A DNA stretch of 33,591 nucleotides from Chloroflexota bacterium (GTDB lineage Bacteria; Chloroflexota; Dehalococcoidia; SM23-28-2; RBG-16-64-32), in NCBI GenBank assembly GCA_022565075.1, contig JADFKG010000001.1:1-33591 (forward strand), given 5' to 3'. The stretch's first letter is position 1. Every line of letters starts with the position of its first letter. The translations under genes and the position numbers were made by a program. The notes below the pieces were generated by a model. That model searched no databases. It saw only the letters and a list, made by a program, of their open reading frames with translations, and was not told the DNA's origin. Below, piece after piece: positions 27,406-33,591 of this stretch.

Positions 27406-28422
27406 GTGCGCCATCTGCCAGAGACGGAGTCTCTCGCCAGCCTGCATTACAATGGCCCCGTGGACGGAGCCCGCGACGACACGGCAGTGGACTGGCTGGC
27501 GGAGGGACGAAAGCCGCCGTGGCTCAAGGTCCGCTTCCCCGGCGGCGAGGACTACGTGCGGCTGAAGAAGCTGATGCGCCGCGGCGGCCTGCATACCGTC
27601 TGCGAGGAGGCGCACTGTCCAAACATCGGTGAGTGCTGGGACGCCGGCACGGCCACGTTCATGATCCTGGGCGACACCTGCACGCGCGCCTGCGGCTTCT
27701 GTGCAGTCAAGTCGGGCCGGCCGGGAGCGCTCGACAACCTGGAGCCGATGCGCGTCGCCAACGCTGTGCGAGAGATGGGCATCGGCCACGCCGTCGTCAC
27801 GTCCGTCAACCGCGACGATCAGCCGGACGGCGGCGCCGGCATCTTCGCGGAGACGATCCGCTGGATCAGGCGTCTTTCGCCGGAAACGAGCGTTGAGGTG
27901 CTGATCCCGGACTTCCTGGGCGACGACGACGCGCTGGCAACCGTTTGCGCCGCAGAGCCAGAGATCCTCAACCACAACACGGAGAGCGTGCCCCGCCTCT
28001 ACCGGCGCGTGCGGCCAAAGGGACGGTACGAGCGCACGCTGGGCCTGCTGCGGCGAGCGAAGGAGCTGGACCCGGGAACGATCACGAAGTCCGGTGTGAT
28101 GGTCGGGCTTGGCGAGACCAGGGACGAGCTCCTGCAGGTCTTCGCCGATCTCGCCCGCTGCGGCGTCGAGGTCCTGACCGTCGGCCAGTACCTGAGACCG
28201 AGCGCGAAGCACCTGCCGATCGACCGCTACTACGCCCCGTCAGAGTTCGACGAGCTGCGCGAGGCAGCGCTGGCGCTGGGCTTCAGGCACGTGGAGTCCG
28301 GTCCGCTGGTGCGCTCCTCTTACCACGCGGAGCGCCACGTAGACGGGGTGCGCCATCCGGTCCCGCCAGGCGGGCGCGGCGAGACGAACGTCTCGGTCGA
28401 CTTGCCCGGGGCCGAGTTCTAA
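27406..28422 (+). CDS. lipA: Lipoyl synthase (radical SAM)
   Basis: Contains [21 protein letters not shown] and [10 protein letters not shown] (CxxxCxxC). The GTG start at 27406 is uncertain. The 338-aa minus-strand ORF at 27196-28212 is antisense. Confidence 0.9.
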   Translation: MRHLPETESLASLHYNGPVDGARDDTAVDWLAEGRKPPWLKVRFPGGEDYVRLKKLMRRGGLHTVCEEAHCPNIGECWDAGTATFMILGDTCTRACGFCAVKSGRPGALDNLEPMRVANAVREMGIGHAVVTSVNRDDQPDGGAGIFAETIRWIRRLSPETSVEVLIPDFLGDDDALATVCAAEPEILNHNTESVPRLYRRVRPKGRYERTLGLLRRAKELDPGTITKSGVMVGLGETRDELLQVFADLARCGVEVLTVGQYLRPSAKHLPIDRYYAPSEFDELREAALALGFRHVESGPLVRSSYHAERHVDGVRHPVPPGGRGETNVSVDLPGAEF

Positions 28423-28491
28423 CCTCTGTGCTACGATTGCGCCGTCGCACCCCTCCCACGTACCACGTATAGCATGACCGCGGGTGTCTGA

Positions 28492-30186
28492 ATGGAAGAT
28501 CTAGGCCTCGTAGGTAGCCTGGCTGCTGTCGTGGGCGCCGCCCTCGTTGGGGGCGGAATCGCTCGCCTGCTGAAGCTGCCGACTGTGCTTGGCTACCTTG
28601 CTGCCGGTGTCGTCATCGGCCCGAACACGCCGGGCCCCAGCGCGGACGTAGCAAACGTCCAAACGGTCGCCGATCTCGGCGTGGCGCTGCTCATGTTCAC
28701 GCTCGGCGTGCGCTTCTCGCTGCGGGGGCTTGTTGAGGCGCGCGGCATCGCCTTCCTCGGCGGAGTAGTGGGCACGGTGGTCATCCTCGGCGCGGGGACG
28801 CTGGCGGGGCTGGCGCTGGGACTGAGCACGAGCGAGGCGATCATCGCCGGTATGATCGTCTCGATCTCCAGCACGATGGTCGCCTTCCGCCTGCTTGAGG
28901 ACCGAGGACTGATCTCCGGTCCCACCGGGCGCATCGCCATCGCCGTGGTGCTCGTGCAGGACCTTATCGTCGTCGCCTTCATCGTCGCTGTTCCGGTAAT
29001 CGGTGGCGAGGGTGAGAACCTGGCCAAGGAGATCCTGGTCGCGACCGTTACGGTGACCGCGGTCATCGCCGGGGTGTGGATCGTCGGCAGCTTCGCTGTC
29101 CCGCGAGTGCTCTCGCTCGTCGCCCGGCCACGTTCGCGTGAGCTCTTCTTGCTCACTGTGGTCGTGCTCGCGCTGGGAACGGCGTCGTTGTCGTTCGAGG
29201 CCGGGCTGTCGCTGGCGTTCGGAGCGTTCCTGGCGGGTCTCGTCGTCTCAGAGTCTGACTACGCCCAGCGCACGATCGCAGAGATCTTCCCGCTGCGGGA
29301 AGTGTTCGCGGTCGTCTTTTTCGTGTCGATCGGCATGCTGGTTGATCCGGGCAGCCTGGTGGATGACCCGGAAATCGTCCTGGTGGTTGCCGCTGTCGCA
29401 GTGCTGAGCAAGATCGTCACGGTGTCCGTGGCTTCGGCGTTCCTGGGGTTCCCGCCGCGTGCGATCGTCGCGGCGGCGCTGGCGCTGGCGAACATGGGTG
29501 AGTTTTCGTTCGTTCTGGCGACTGAAGCTGCACGCGAGAATGTCATTAGCCCTGACCTGCACGAGGCGCTGTTGACCAGCGTTCTTATCAGCATCGCCGT
29601 GAGTCCACTGCTCTTCGCCGCCCATGAGCACATCTTCAGTGCGATCCAGCGTTTGCCGGTGCTGGGCAGGATGACCACTGCGCAGATGGAGGTTCACGTG
29701 CCGGAGGACGTGCGTCTGGCCAACCACGCAGTGATCGTCGGCTACAAAGAGGCGGGCCAGGAGGTGGCGCACATGTTGCGCGCGCGTGACTTTCGCTACA
29801 TCGTCATCGACGAGGACCCCGGCGCTCTGCGCGCGCTGGCAGCGGAGGACGTGCCGTACATCGTCGGCAACGCGGCGCTGCCCGTGGTGCTGGAACAGGC
29901 GGCGCTGGACAGAGCGCGCGTGCTGGTCGTGACGACGGGCGATCCTGGCATGGTGGAGGGGATCGTTATCACATCGCGCGATCTCAACCCGCGTATTGAC
30001 ATCGTCGCGCACGGTGCGTTCGAGGAGGGGCGACACCGCCTGCGCGAGCTCGGGGTGTCGCAGATAGTTCACGCGGAGTTCGAGCTGGGAATACAGTTCG
30101 TGCGGCACACGCTGCACCGCTTCGGGCTATCGAACGCGGAGATCCAGGCGATCGTCAGCCGCCGCCGGCGCGACGTCCTGCGCTAG
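28492..30186 (+). CDS. Monovalent cation:proton antiporter-2 (CPA2, Kef-type) with a C-terminal RCK/TrkA-N domain
   Basis: 564-aa ORF. The N-terminus has 10+ hydrophobic segments (LPTVLGYLAAGVVIGP, GAFLAGL). The C-terminus has VIVGYKEAGQEVAHMLRARDFRYIVIDEDP, a Rossmann-like RCK domain. Confidence 0.85.
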   Translation: MEDLGLVGSLAAVVGAALVGGGIARLLKLPTVLGYLAAGVVIGPNTPGPSADVANVQTVADLGVALLMFTLGVRFSLRGLVEARGIAFLGGVVGTVVILGAGTLAGLALGLSTSEAIIAGMIVSISSTMVAFRLLEDRGLISGPTGRIAIAVVLVQDLIVVAFIVAVPVIGGEGENLAKEILVATVTVTAVIAGVWIVGSFAVPRVLSLVARPRSRELFLLTVVVLALGTASLSFEAGLSLAFGAFLAGLVVSESDYAQRTIAEIFPLREVFAVVFFVSIGMLVDPGSLVDDPEIVLVVAAVAVLSKIVTVSVASAFLGFPPRAIVAAALALANMGEFSFVLATEAARENVISPDLHEALLTSVLISIAVSPLLFAAHEHIFSAIQRLPVLGRMTTAQMEVHVPEDVRLANHAVIVGYKEAGQEVAHMLRARDFRYIVIDEDPGALRALAAEDVPYIVGNAALPVVLEQAALDRARVLVVTTGDPGMVEGIVITSRDLNPRIDIVAHGAFEEGRHRLRELGVSQIVHAEFELGIQFVRHTLHRFGLSNAEIQAIVSRRRRDVLR

Positions 30187-30884
30187 GCTTCGGTGATTTC
30201 GATGCTGATGATCTTGTCGCCAGGGGCGCTCGGGTTGGTCGACGGATCACGCGCCGTGATGCACTTCACGACGTCTATGCCGTCGGTCACCTGAGCGAAG
30301 ACCGTGTACTGGCCGTTCAGGCTCGACGCCTCGGCGAGCGTAACGAACCACTGGCTGCCGGCGCTGTCGGGATCGTTCGTCCGCGCGGCGCCGACCACGC
30401 CTTCCGTGTACGGCACTTCGGTCGTGAATTCGGCCGGGACGGTATAGCCGGGGCCGCCGCTGCCGGTGCCCGTGGGATCGCCCGCCTGCGCCACGAAACC
30501 CGGGATCACACGGTGGAACGTGACGCCGTCATAGTAGCCGTCGCGGGCGAGGAAAACGAACGAGTTCACGTGTTGCGGCGCCAGGTCCGGCCGCAGCGTC
30601 ATCGTGAAATCGCCGCGCTCGGTGCGAATCACGGCCGTGTATGACTTCTCCGGGTCGATCGTCATCTCAGGCAAGCTGTCGTAGGTTTTCACTATGGCCT
30701 CCGGTGCTTCGTCTGTGGGCTCGGGGCAATCGTTGGTCGCCGTCGCCTCCACCGTCGGCGGGGAGGTGGCCGGCGCTGGTGTAGCCGTACCAGAGTTCTC
30801 GGCGTCGCCACCGCAAGCGATCACCAGGACGGCTATCGCCGATGCGCCGAGCAGGATTAGTCCACGTGTCCAGGGCATACTCAT
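30183..30884 (-). CDS. Cyclophilin-type peptidyl-prolyl cis-trans isomerase, predicted lipoprotein
   Basis: Start at internal ATG 30884 (MSMPWTRGLILLGASAIAVLVIAC-GG, signal plus lipobox). Contains FHRVIPGFVAQAGDP, GGPGY and SAGSQWFVTL. The upstream 119 codons of the track ORF are off-target. Confidence 0.9.
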   Translation of the reverse strand: MSMPWTRGLILLGASAIAVLVIACGGDAENSGTATPAPATSPPTVEATATNDCPEPTDEAPEAIVKTYDSLPEMTIDPEKSYTAVIRTERGDFTMTLRPDLAPQHVNSFVFLARDGYYDGVTFHRVIPGFVAQAGDPTGTGSGGPGYTVPAEFTTEVPYTEGVVGAARTNDPDSAGSQWFVTLAEASSLNGQYTVFAQVTDGIDVVKCITARDPSTNPSAPGDKIISIEITEA

Positions 30885-30992
30885 GCGATTATCCCGTTCA
30901 CATCTACTACGGTCAAAATGCGTAACGGTATCCCATTCCAGCCCCACGGCGTTTATCCTATTGCTGAGCGACAACGAGTAACGGAGAAAACG

Positions 30993-31787
30993 ATGGACAA
31001 CAGGCCGATAGGATTGTTCGACTCGGGCGTCGGCGGGCTCTCGATCTGGCGGACGATCCGCAAGCTGCTGCCGGATGAGAGCCTGGACTTCCTGGCCGAC
31101 AGCGGTCACGTCCCCTACGGCGAGAAGTCGACCGCGGAGCTGTGCGACCTTGCCTCTCGCATCACGCGCTTCCTCCTGGACGGCGACGCCAAGCTCGTCG
31201 TCGTCGCCTGCAACACCGCCACCGTCCACGCCCTCGCTCACCTGCGCGAGACGTTTCCGCAGACGCCGTTCGTCGGCGTCGTGCCGGTCGTGAAGACGCT
31301 CTCCAGCCGGACGCGCACCGGGACGATCGCCGTGCTCTCCACACCCGCGACGTCGTCGAGCGAATATCTAGCCGGCCTGATCCGTGAGTTCGCGCCCGAC
31401 AAAGAGGTCGTGAACGTCGGCTGCGACGGCCTGGAGAACATGGTCGAAGCGGGCGAGGTACGCACCCGCGCCACGACGGCGCTCCTGGAGCGGCACCTGG
31501 CGCCGGTAAAGGCGAGCCGCGCCGATGTCGTCGGCCTTGGCTGCACACACTTCCCGTTCCTGCGACACCGCATCAAGAACATGCTCGGCCCGGGCGTGCG
31601 CGTGTACGACCCATCACGGCCCGTCGCGCGCCGGGTGCGCCAGCTCCTTGAGGAGCGTGACGAGCTCGCCAGCAACGCGGCCCCGCGCTTTCGCTTCTAC
31701 ACCACCGGCGACGCCGACCTCGTGCAGATGGTTGCGCGCAAACTGTTGCGGACGACGGCGCCGCGAGTCAAGCACGTCGAGATCTAG
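30993..31787 (+). CDS. murI: Glutamate racemase
   Basis: Internal ATG 30993 (MDNRPIGLFDSGVGGLSIWR) with GGAGA upstream. Contains VVACNTAT and LGCTHFPFL (the two catalytic Cys motifs). Confidence 0.92.
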   Translation: MDNRPIGLFDSGVGGLSIWRTIRKLLPDESLDFLADSGHVPYGEKSTAELCDLASRITRFLLDGDAKLVVVACNTATVHALAHLRETFPQTPFVGVVPVVKTLSSRTRTGTIAVLSTPATSSSEYLAGLIREFAPDKEVVNVGCDGLENMVEAGEVRTRATTALLERHLAPVKASRADVVGLGCTHFPFLRHRIKNMLGPGVRVYDPSRPVARRVRQLLEERDELASNAAPRFRFYTTGDADLVQMVARKLLRTTAPRVKHVEI

Positions 31788-31844
31788 GCGCGCGCCGCTC
31801 GTTGCCGCTCTAGCTTTGCAGCCGGCTCGAAAGAGGACGGCCAG

Positions 31845-32095
31845 ATGACAGTCAGAGCCTACGTCCTGATCGAGTGCGATGCCACCGGAGCGAGGGCCGT
31901 GAGCGACGGGCTGAGGCACCTGGCGGTCGATCATGCCGAGTTCTTATCAGCGGACGCGTGTCTGGCCCATTCGATCTGATCGCTTTGCTGGAATCCCCTG
32001 ATCGGGACGGTCTCGGACGTGCGGTCACACAGGGAATCCAGCAGATCTCGGGAGTTCGGCGCACGGTGACCTGCGTGGTAATGGAGCTTGCTTAG
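31845..32095 (+). pseudogene. Stand-alone Lrp/AsnC-type ligand-binding (RAM) domain gene interrupted by a 1-nt frame break near 31940
   Basis: ATG 31845 (GAGGA SD at about 31833-37) gives MTVRAYVLIECDATGARAVSDGLRHLAVDHAE and then runs into a stop at 31977-79. The -1 frame continues VLISGRVSGPFDLIALLESPDRDGLGRAVTQGIQQISGVRRTVTCVVMELA* (the track ORF at 31874-32095). Joined, this gives an 83-aa protein with the typical AYVLI...G...V...V.G.FDLI..VE...L...V...I..I.GV..T.T pattern. Confidence 0.65.
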
Positions 32096-32112
32096 GCCCT
32101 CCGTTCGCCCGG

Positions 32113-32141
32113 TTGACAGCCGCCCAGCCCAGGCGTAGAAT
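32113..32141 (+). promoter_or_regulatory. Near-consensus sigma-70-type promoter (TTGACA-17 nt-TAGAAT)
   Basis: TTGACA at 32113-32118, a 17-nt spacer, and TAGAAT at 32136-32141. AAAGGAGG (32165-32172) follows about 25 nt downstream. Confidence 0.55.
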
Positions 32142-32183
32142 CGCGCACGCCAGTCGATTAGCCAAAAGGAGGTACTCTCCATA

Positions 32184-32497
32184 ATGCGAATATCACCTGG
32201 CGGGCGAACGGCGCCCCACCAGCCGACACGGCTCCAGGCGCAGCAATCGCAGCCTTTAACGGACTAGCTACTGCGCTGGACAAGGTCGACGGCGTCGAGG
32301 GTGCTCACTGGGGTTTCGGCAACGGCGGGATAGTGACGGTCTCTCATTTCGACAGTTTCGGGGTGGGCGACAACGTGCTGAAGGACTCAGGTACACAGGC
32401 CGCAGTGACGAAGATATTCGGCCTTGGCCTCGGCATCTCGGAGGATCACTTCATCGCCTCCGCAGAGCAGGTCATGCCCTTCCAGCCCCAGCAGTAA
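32184..32497 (+). pseudogene. Hypothetical protein ORF of about 105 codons, not in the ORF track; the only SD-linked ATG is out of frame by one nt
   Basis: Hand translation of the frame open from 32162 to the TAA at 32495-97: ...NANITWRANGAPPADTAPGAAIAAFNGLATALDKVDGVEGAHWGFGNGGIVTVSHFDSFGVGDNVLKDSGTQAAVTKIFGLGLGISEDHFIASAEQVMPFQPQQ*. There is no ATG/GTG/TTG before codon 58. ATG 32184, 11 nt after GGAGG, opens a 27-codon frame instead. Restoring one G (ATG GCG AAT ATC...) would give MANITWRANG... No family recognised. Confidence 0.45.
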
Positions 32498-32653
32498 TAC
32501 CCAACGCCCTGTTGCGGCCGCGGGAGCCGCCGGCTCTAGAGCCACCTCGTAGCTGGAACAACGGTTGAGCCACCGAGTCCGACACGGCGCGGAGCGAACA
32601 CTCCGCTTGAAGCCTTACGATCCGGCATGCCCTGAATCCGAGTGGAGGGTCAG

Positions 32654-33040
32654 ATGAACACTACCTTGGTTATAGGCGAACACCCAGAACGGGTGCGATC
32701 GCTCGTACAGTGGCTCGGTATATATGGAGTGGACGCGATACCGTGCCATCGCGAGCGGGAGTTGGCGGCGAGCTGCTTGAGCACCTACGACGTCTCGTCG
32801 GTCTTGCTGTGGGTGGACCAGACACCGCAGTCATCGCAGTTTTTCGACACGCTGCGAGAGCTTACGCAGGTGCCGATCCTGACGATGGGTGTTGAGAAGG
32901 ACCTTGACACCCCGGTCGCCTACCTGGACAGAGGCGCTGTCGATTGCATCCCCAGCTCCATGTCGGTGGAGGCGATCGCGGAGAGAATCCTGCGCTTCGA
33001 GCCTGTTGCCGGATCCCAGTGGTCAGAGACGCCCTCGTAA
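32654..33040 (+). CDS. Stand-alone CheY-like receiver-fold protein with degenerate active-site residues
   Basis: ATG 32654 lies 4 nt after GGAGGG. The sequence is MNTTLVIGEHPERVRSLVQWL...DVSSVLLWVDQT...VPILTMGVEKD...YLDRGAVDCIPSSMSVEAIAERI, a REC-like beta-alpha pattern with GE in place of DD and no conserved Lys (by eye). Confidence 0.65.
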   Translation: MNTTLVIGEHPERVRSLVQWLGIYGVDAIPCHRERELAASCLSTYDVSSVLLWVDQTPQSSQFFDTLRELTQVPILTMGVEKDLDTPVAYLDRGAVDCIPSSMSVEAIAERILRFEPVAGSQWSETPS

Positions 33041-33158
33041 CGAGACGGACTGAGACGCATCGTGTCCGGAAGCCGCGCGGAGCCTGCTGATGGCAGTCCG
33101 GCAGGCATCAGGCAGCCCAAGGAAGCCAGCGCCACCACGAGAGGGCAGCTGAAGACGA

Positions 33159-33323
33159 CTACTTTTCTTGAAAGACTGCGCTCAGCGCCTCGTGGATCAG
33201 TTTGTAGTTGTTAGTGATGTGGTTGACCTTGTTCCTCTGCTGCTCCGGAAGCAGACGGAGCAGTTCAACGGTCGCAAAGACATGAGCGACGGCGACGTTC
33301 TCGGTGGACACGGATTCGGCCAT
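33159..33323 (-). CDS. Small hypothetical protein (54 aa)
   Basis: Internal ATG 33323 lies 7 nt after GGAGG (caGGAGGtgcacttATG). The product is MAESVSTENVAVAHVFATVELLRLLPEQQRNKVNHITNNYKLIHEALSAVFQEK. The upstream part of the 103-aa track ORF looks non-coding. Confidence 0.45.
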   Translation of the reverse strand: MAESVSTENVAVAHVFATVELLRLLPEQQRNKVNHITNNYKLIHEALSAVFQEK

Positions 33324-33521
33324 AAGTGCACCTCCTGACAGTGAGATGCCGCTCGACGTGCAACGTTGCTTAGAGTCGTGTGTGGTGGCCCGCGCCGTCT
33401 GCGCCAAGTATGCGATGGAGTCCGATACAGGCGGCGGCGCAACCCAGAAGCGGACCACTCGATTCTGCACCGATGGTGGGGAAACGGTGGTTTTCGGGCG
33501 CTGGAGTGGTGATGCGCCGAC

Positions 33522-33551
33522 TCGACGGAGGGCCCAATTCGTATCTACAAT
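33522..33551 (+). promoter_or_regulatory. Candidate promoter of the terminal tRNA gene (TCGACG-18 nt-TACAAT)
   Basis: TACAAT at 33546-33551 ends 12 nt before the tRNA 5' end. TCGACG at 33522-33527. Confidence 0.4.
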
Positions 33552-33563
33552 GGCCTCACGGGA

Positions 33564-33591
33564 GCCAACGTAGCTCAGTGGTAGAGCAGCT
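33564..33591 (+). tRNA. tRNA gene, 5' part only (acceptor 5' strand plus D arm); the anticodon lies outside the window
   Basis: GCCAACG-TA-GCTC-AGTGGTA-GAGC-A-GCT: canonical U8, D stem GCTC/GAGC and a GG-containing D loop. Confidence 0.8.

Noticed and set aside
27196-28212. 338-aa minus-strand ORF opposite lipA. Similar long ORFs occur at 17875-18900 (opposite nuoM), 19257-20231 (opposite nuoN), 21876-23018 (opposite glnA), 2179-3264 and 3306-4664 (opposite gcvP), and 6091-6966 and 6974-7768.
   Set aside because: Arg/Ala/Gly/Pro-rich, low-complexity translations with no motifs, each exactly shadowing a well-supported gene on the other strand. This is the typical stop-codon-poor antisense frame of high-GC DNA.
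30183-30186. Convergent Kef-type and cyclophilin genes sharing the palindrome CTAG as overlapping stop codons.
   Set aside because: Real, but a trivial consequence of TAG/CTA complementarity. There is no evidence of function, and no terminator lies between them.
31930-31945. Programmed -1 ribosomal frameshift in the Lrp-like gene.
   Set aside because: No X-XXY-YYZ slippery heptamer and no obvious downstream pseudoknot or hairpin at the junction (gat cat gcc gag ttc tta). A 1-nt deletion or a sequencing error is more parsimonious.
33304-33573. 89-aa + strand ORF upstream of and overlapping the terminal tRNA gene.
   Set aside because: It runs into the tRNA 5' end and the tRNA promoter, has no SD, and gives a composition-driven translation. 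Most likely non-coding.

Overview
High-GC bacterial chromosomal window made up mostly of housekeeping operons. I read it from the ORF track plus hand translation.

Left to right:
- a truncated class-V aminotransferase;
- a small GIY-YIG nuclease gene bracketed by short interspersed repeats;
- the complete glycine-cleavage operon gcvT-gcvH-gcvPA-gcvPB on the minus strand, with start/stop overlaps;
- an atypical tRNA-like gene in the spacer upstream of gcvT;
- an MBL-fold hydrolase;
- valS;
- an 11-gene complex-I operon, nuoABCDHIJKLMN, with no nuoEFG and a NuoC carrying a 3 x 60-aa C-terminal tandem repeat;
- a secreted M23 peptidase with a dockerin module;
- a minus-strand nitrogen-assimilation block: atypical OmpR-family regulator, amtB, PII, a GSI-beta glnA and a GSI-alpha glnA;
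- lipA;
- a CPA2/Kef-type antiporter;
- a lipoprotein cyclophilin;
- murI;
- a visibly less GC-rich, tRNA-proximal tail (about 31.8-33.6 kb).

The tail holds a frameshifted Lrp/AsnC-type small gene, an ORF the six-frame track misses (no in-frame start, but a consensus promoter and SD), a degenerate stand-alone receiver domain, a 54-aa ORF and the 5' part of a tRNA.

Many long ORFs in the track are antisense or off-frame artefacts of high GC.

I do not see a convincing novel multi-gene system: there is no defence, CRISPR, secretion or biosynthetic cluster. The best leads are single-locus oddities:
- the NuoC repeat extension;
- the tRNA-like element with pyrimidine-37 and G73;
- the hidden, frame-broken ORF with a perfect promoter;
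- the phospho-site-less regulator with periodic GTTAC-type boxes heading the amtB-glnK-glnA cluster;
- the repeat-bracketed GIY-YIG gene.

The lineage cannot be determined from here. Gene content and style would fit a high-GC Chloroflexota-like or similar organism, but that is a guess. All motif calls were made by eye, and no database search was possible.
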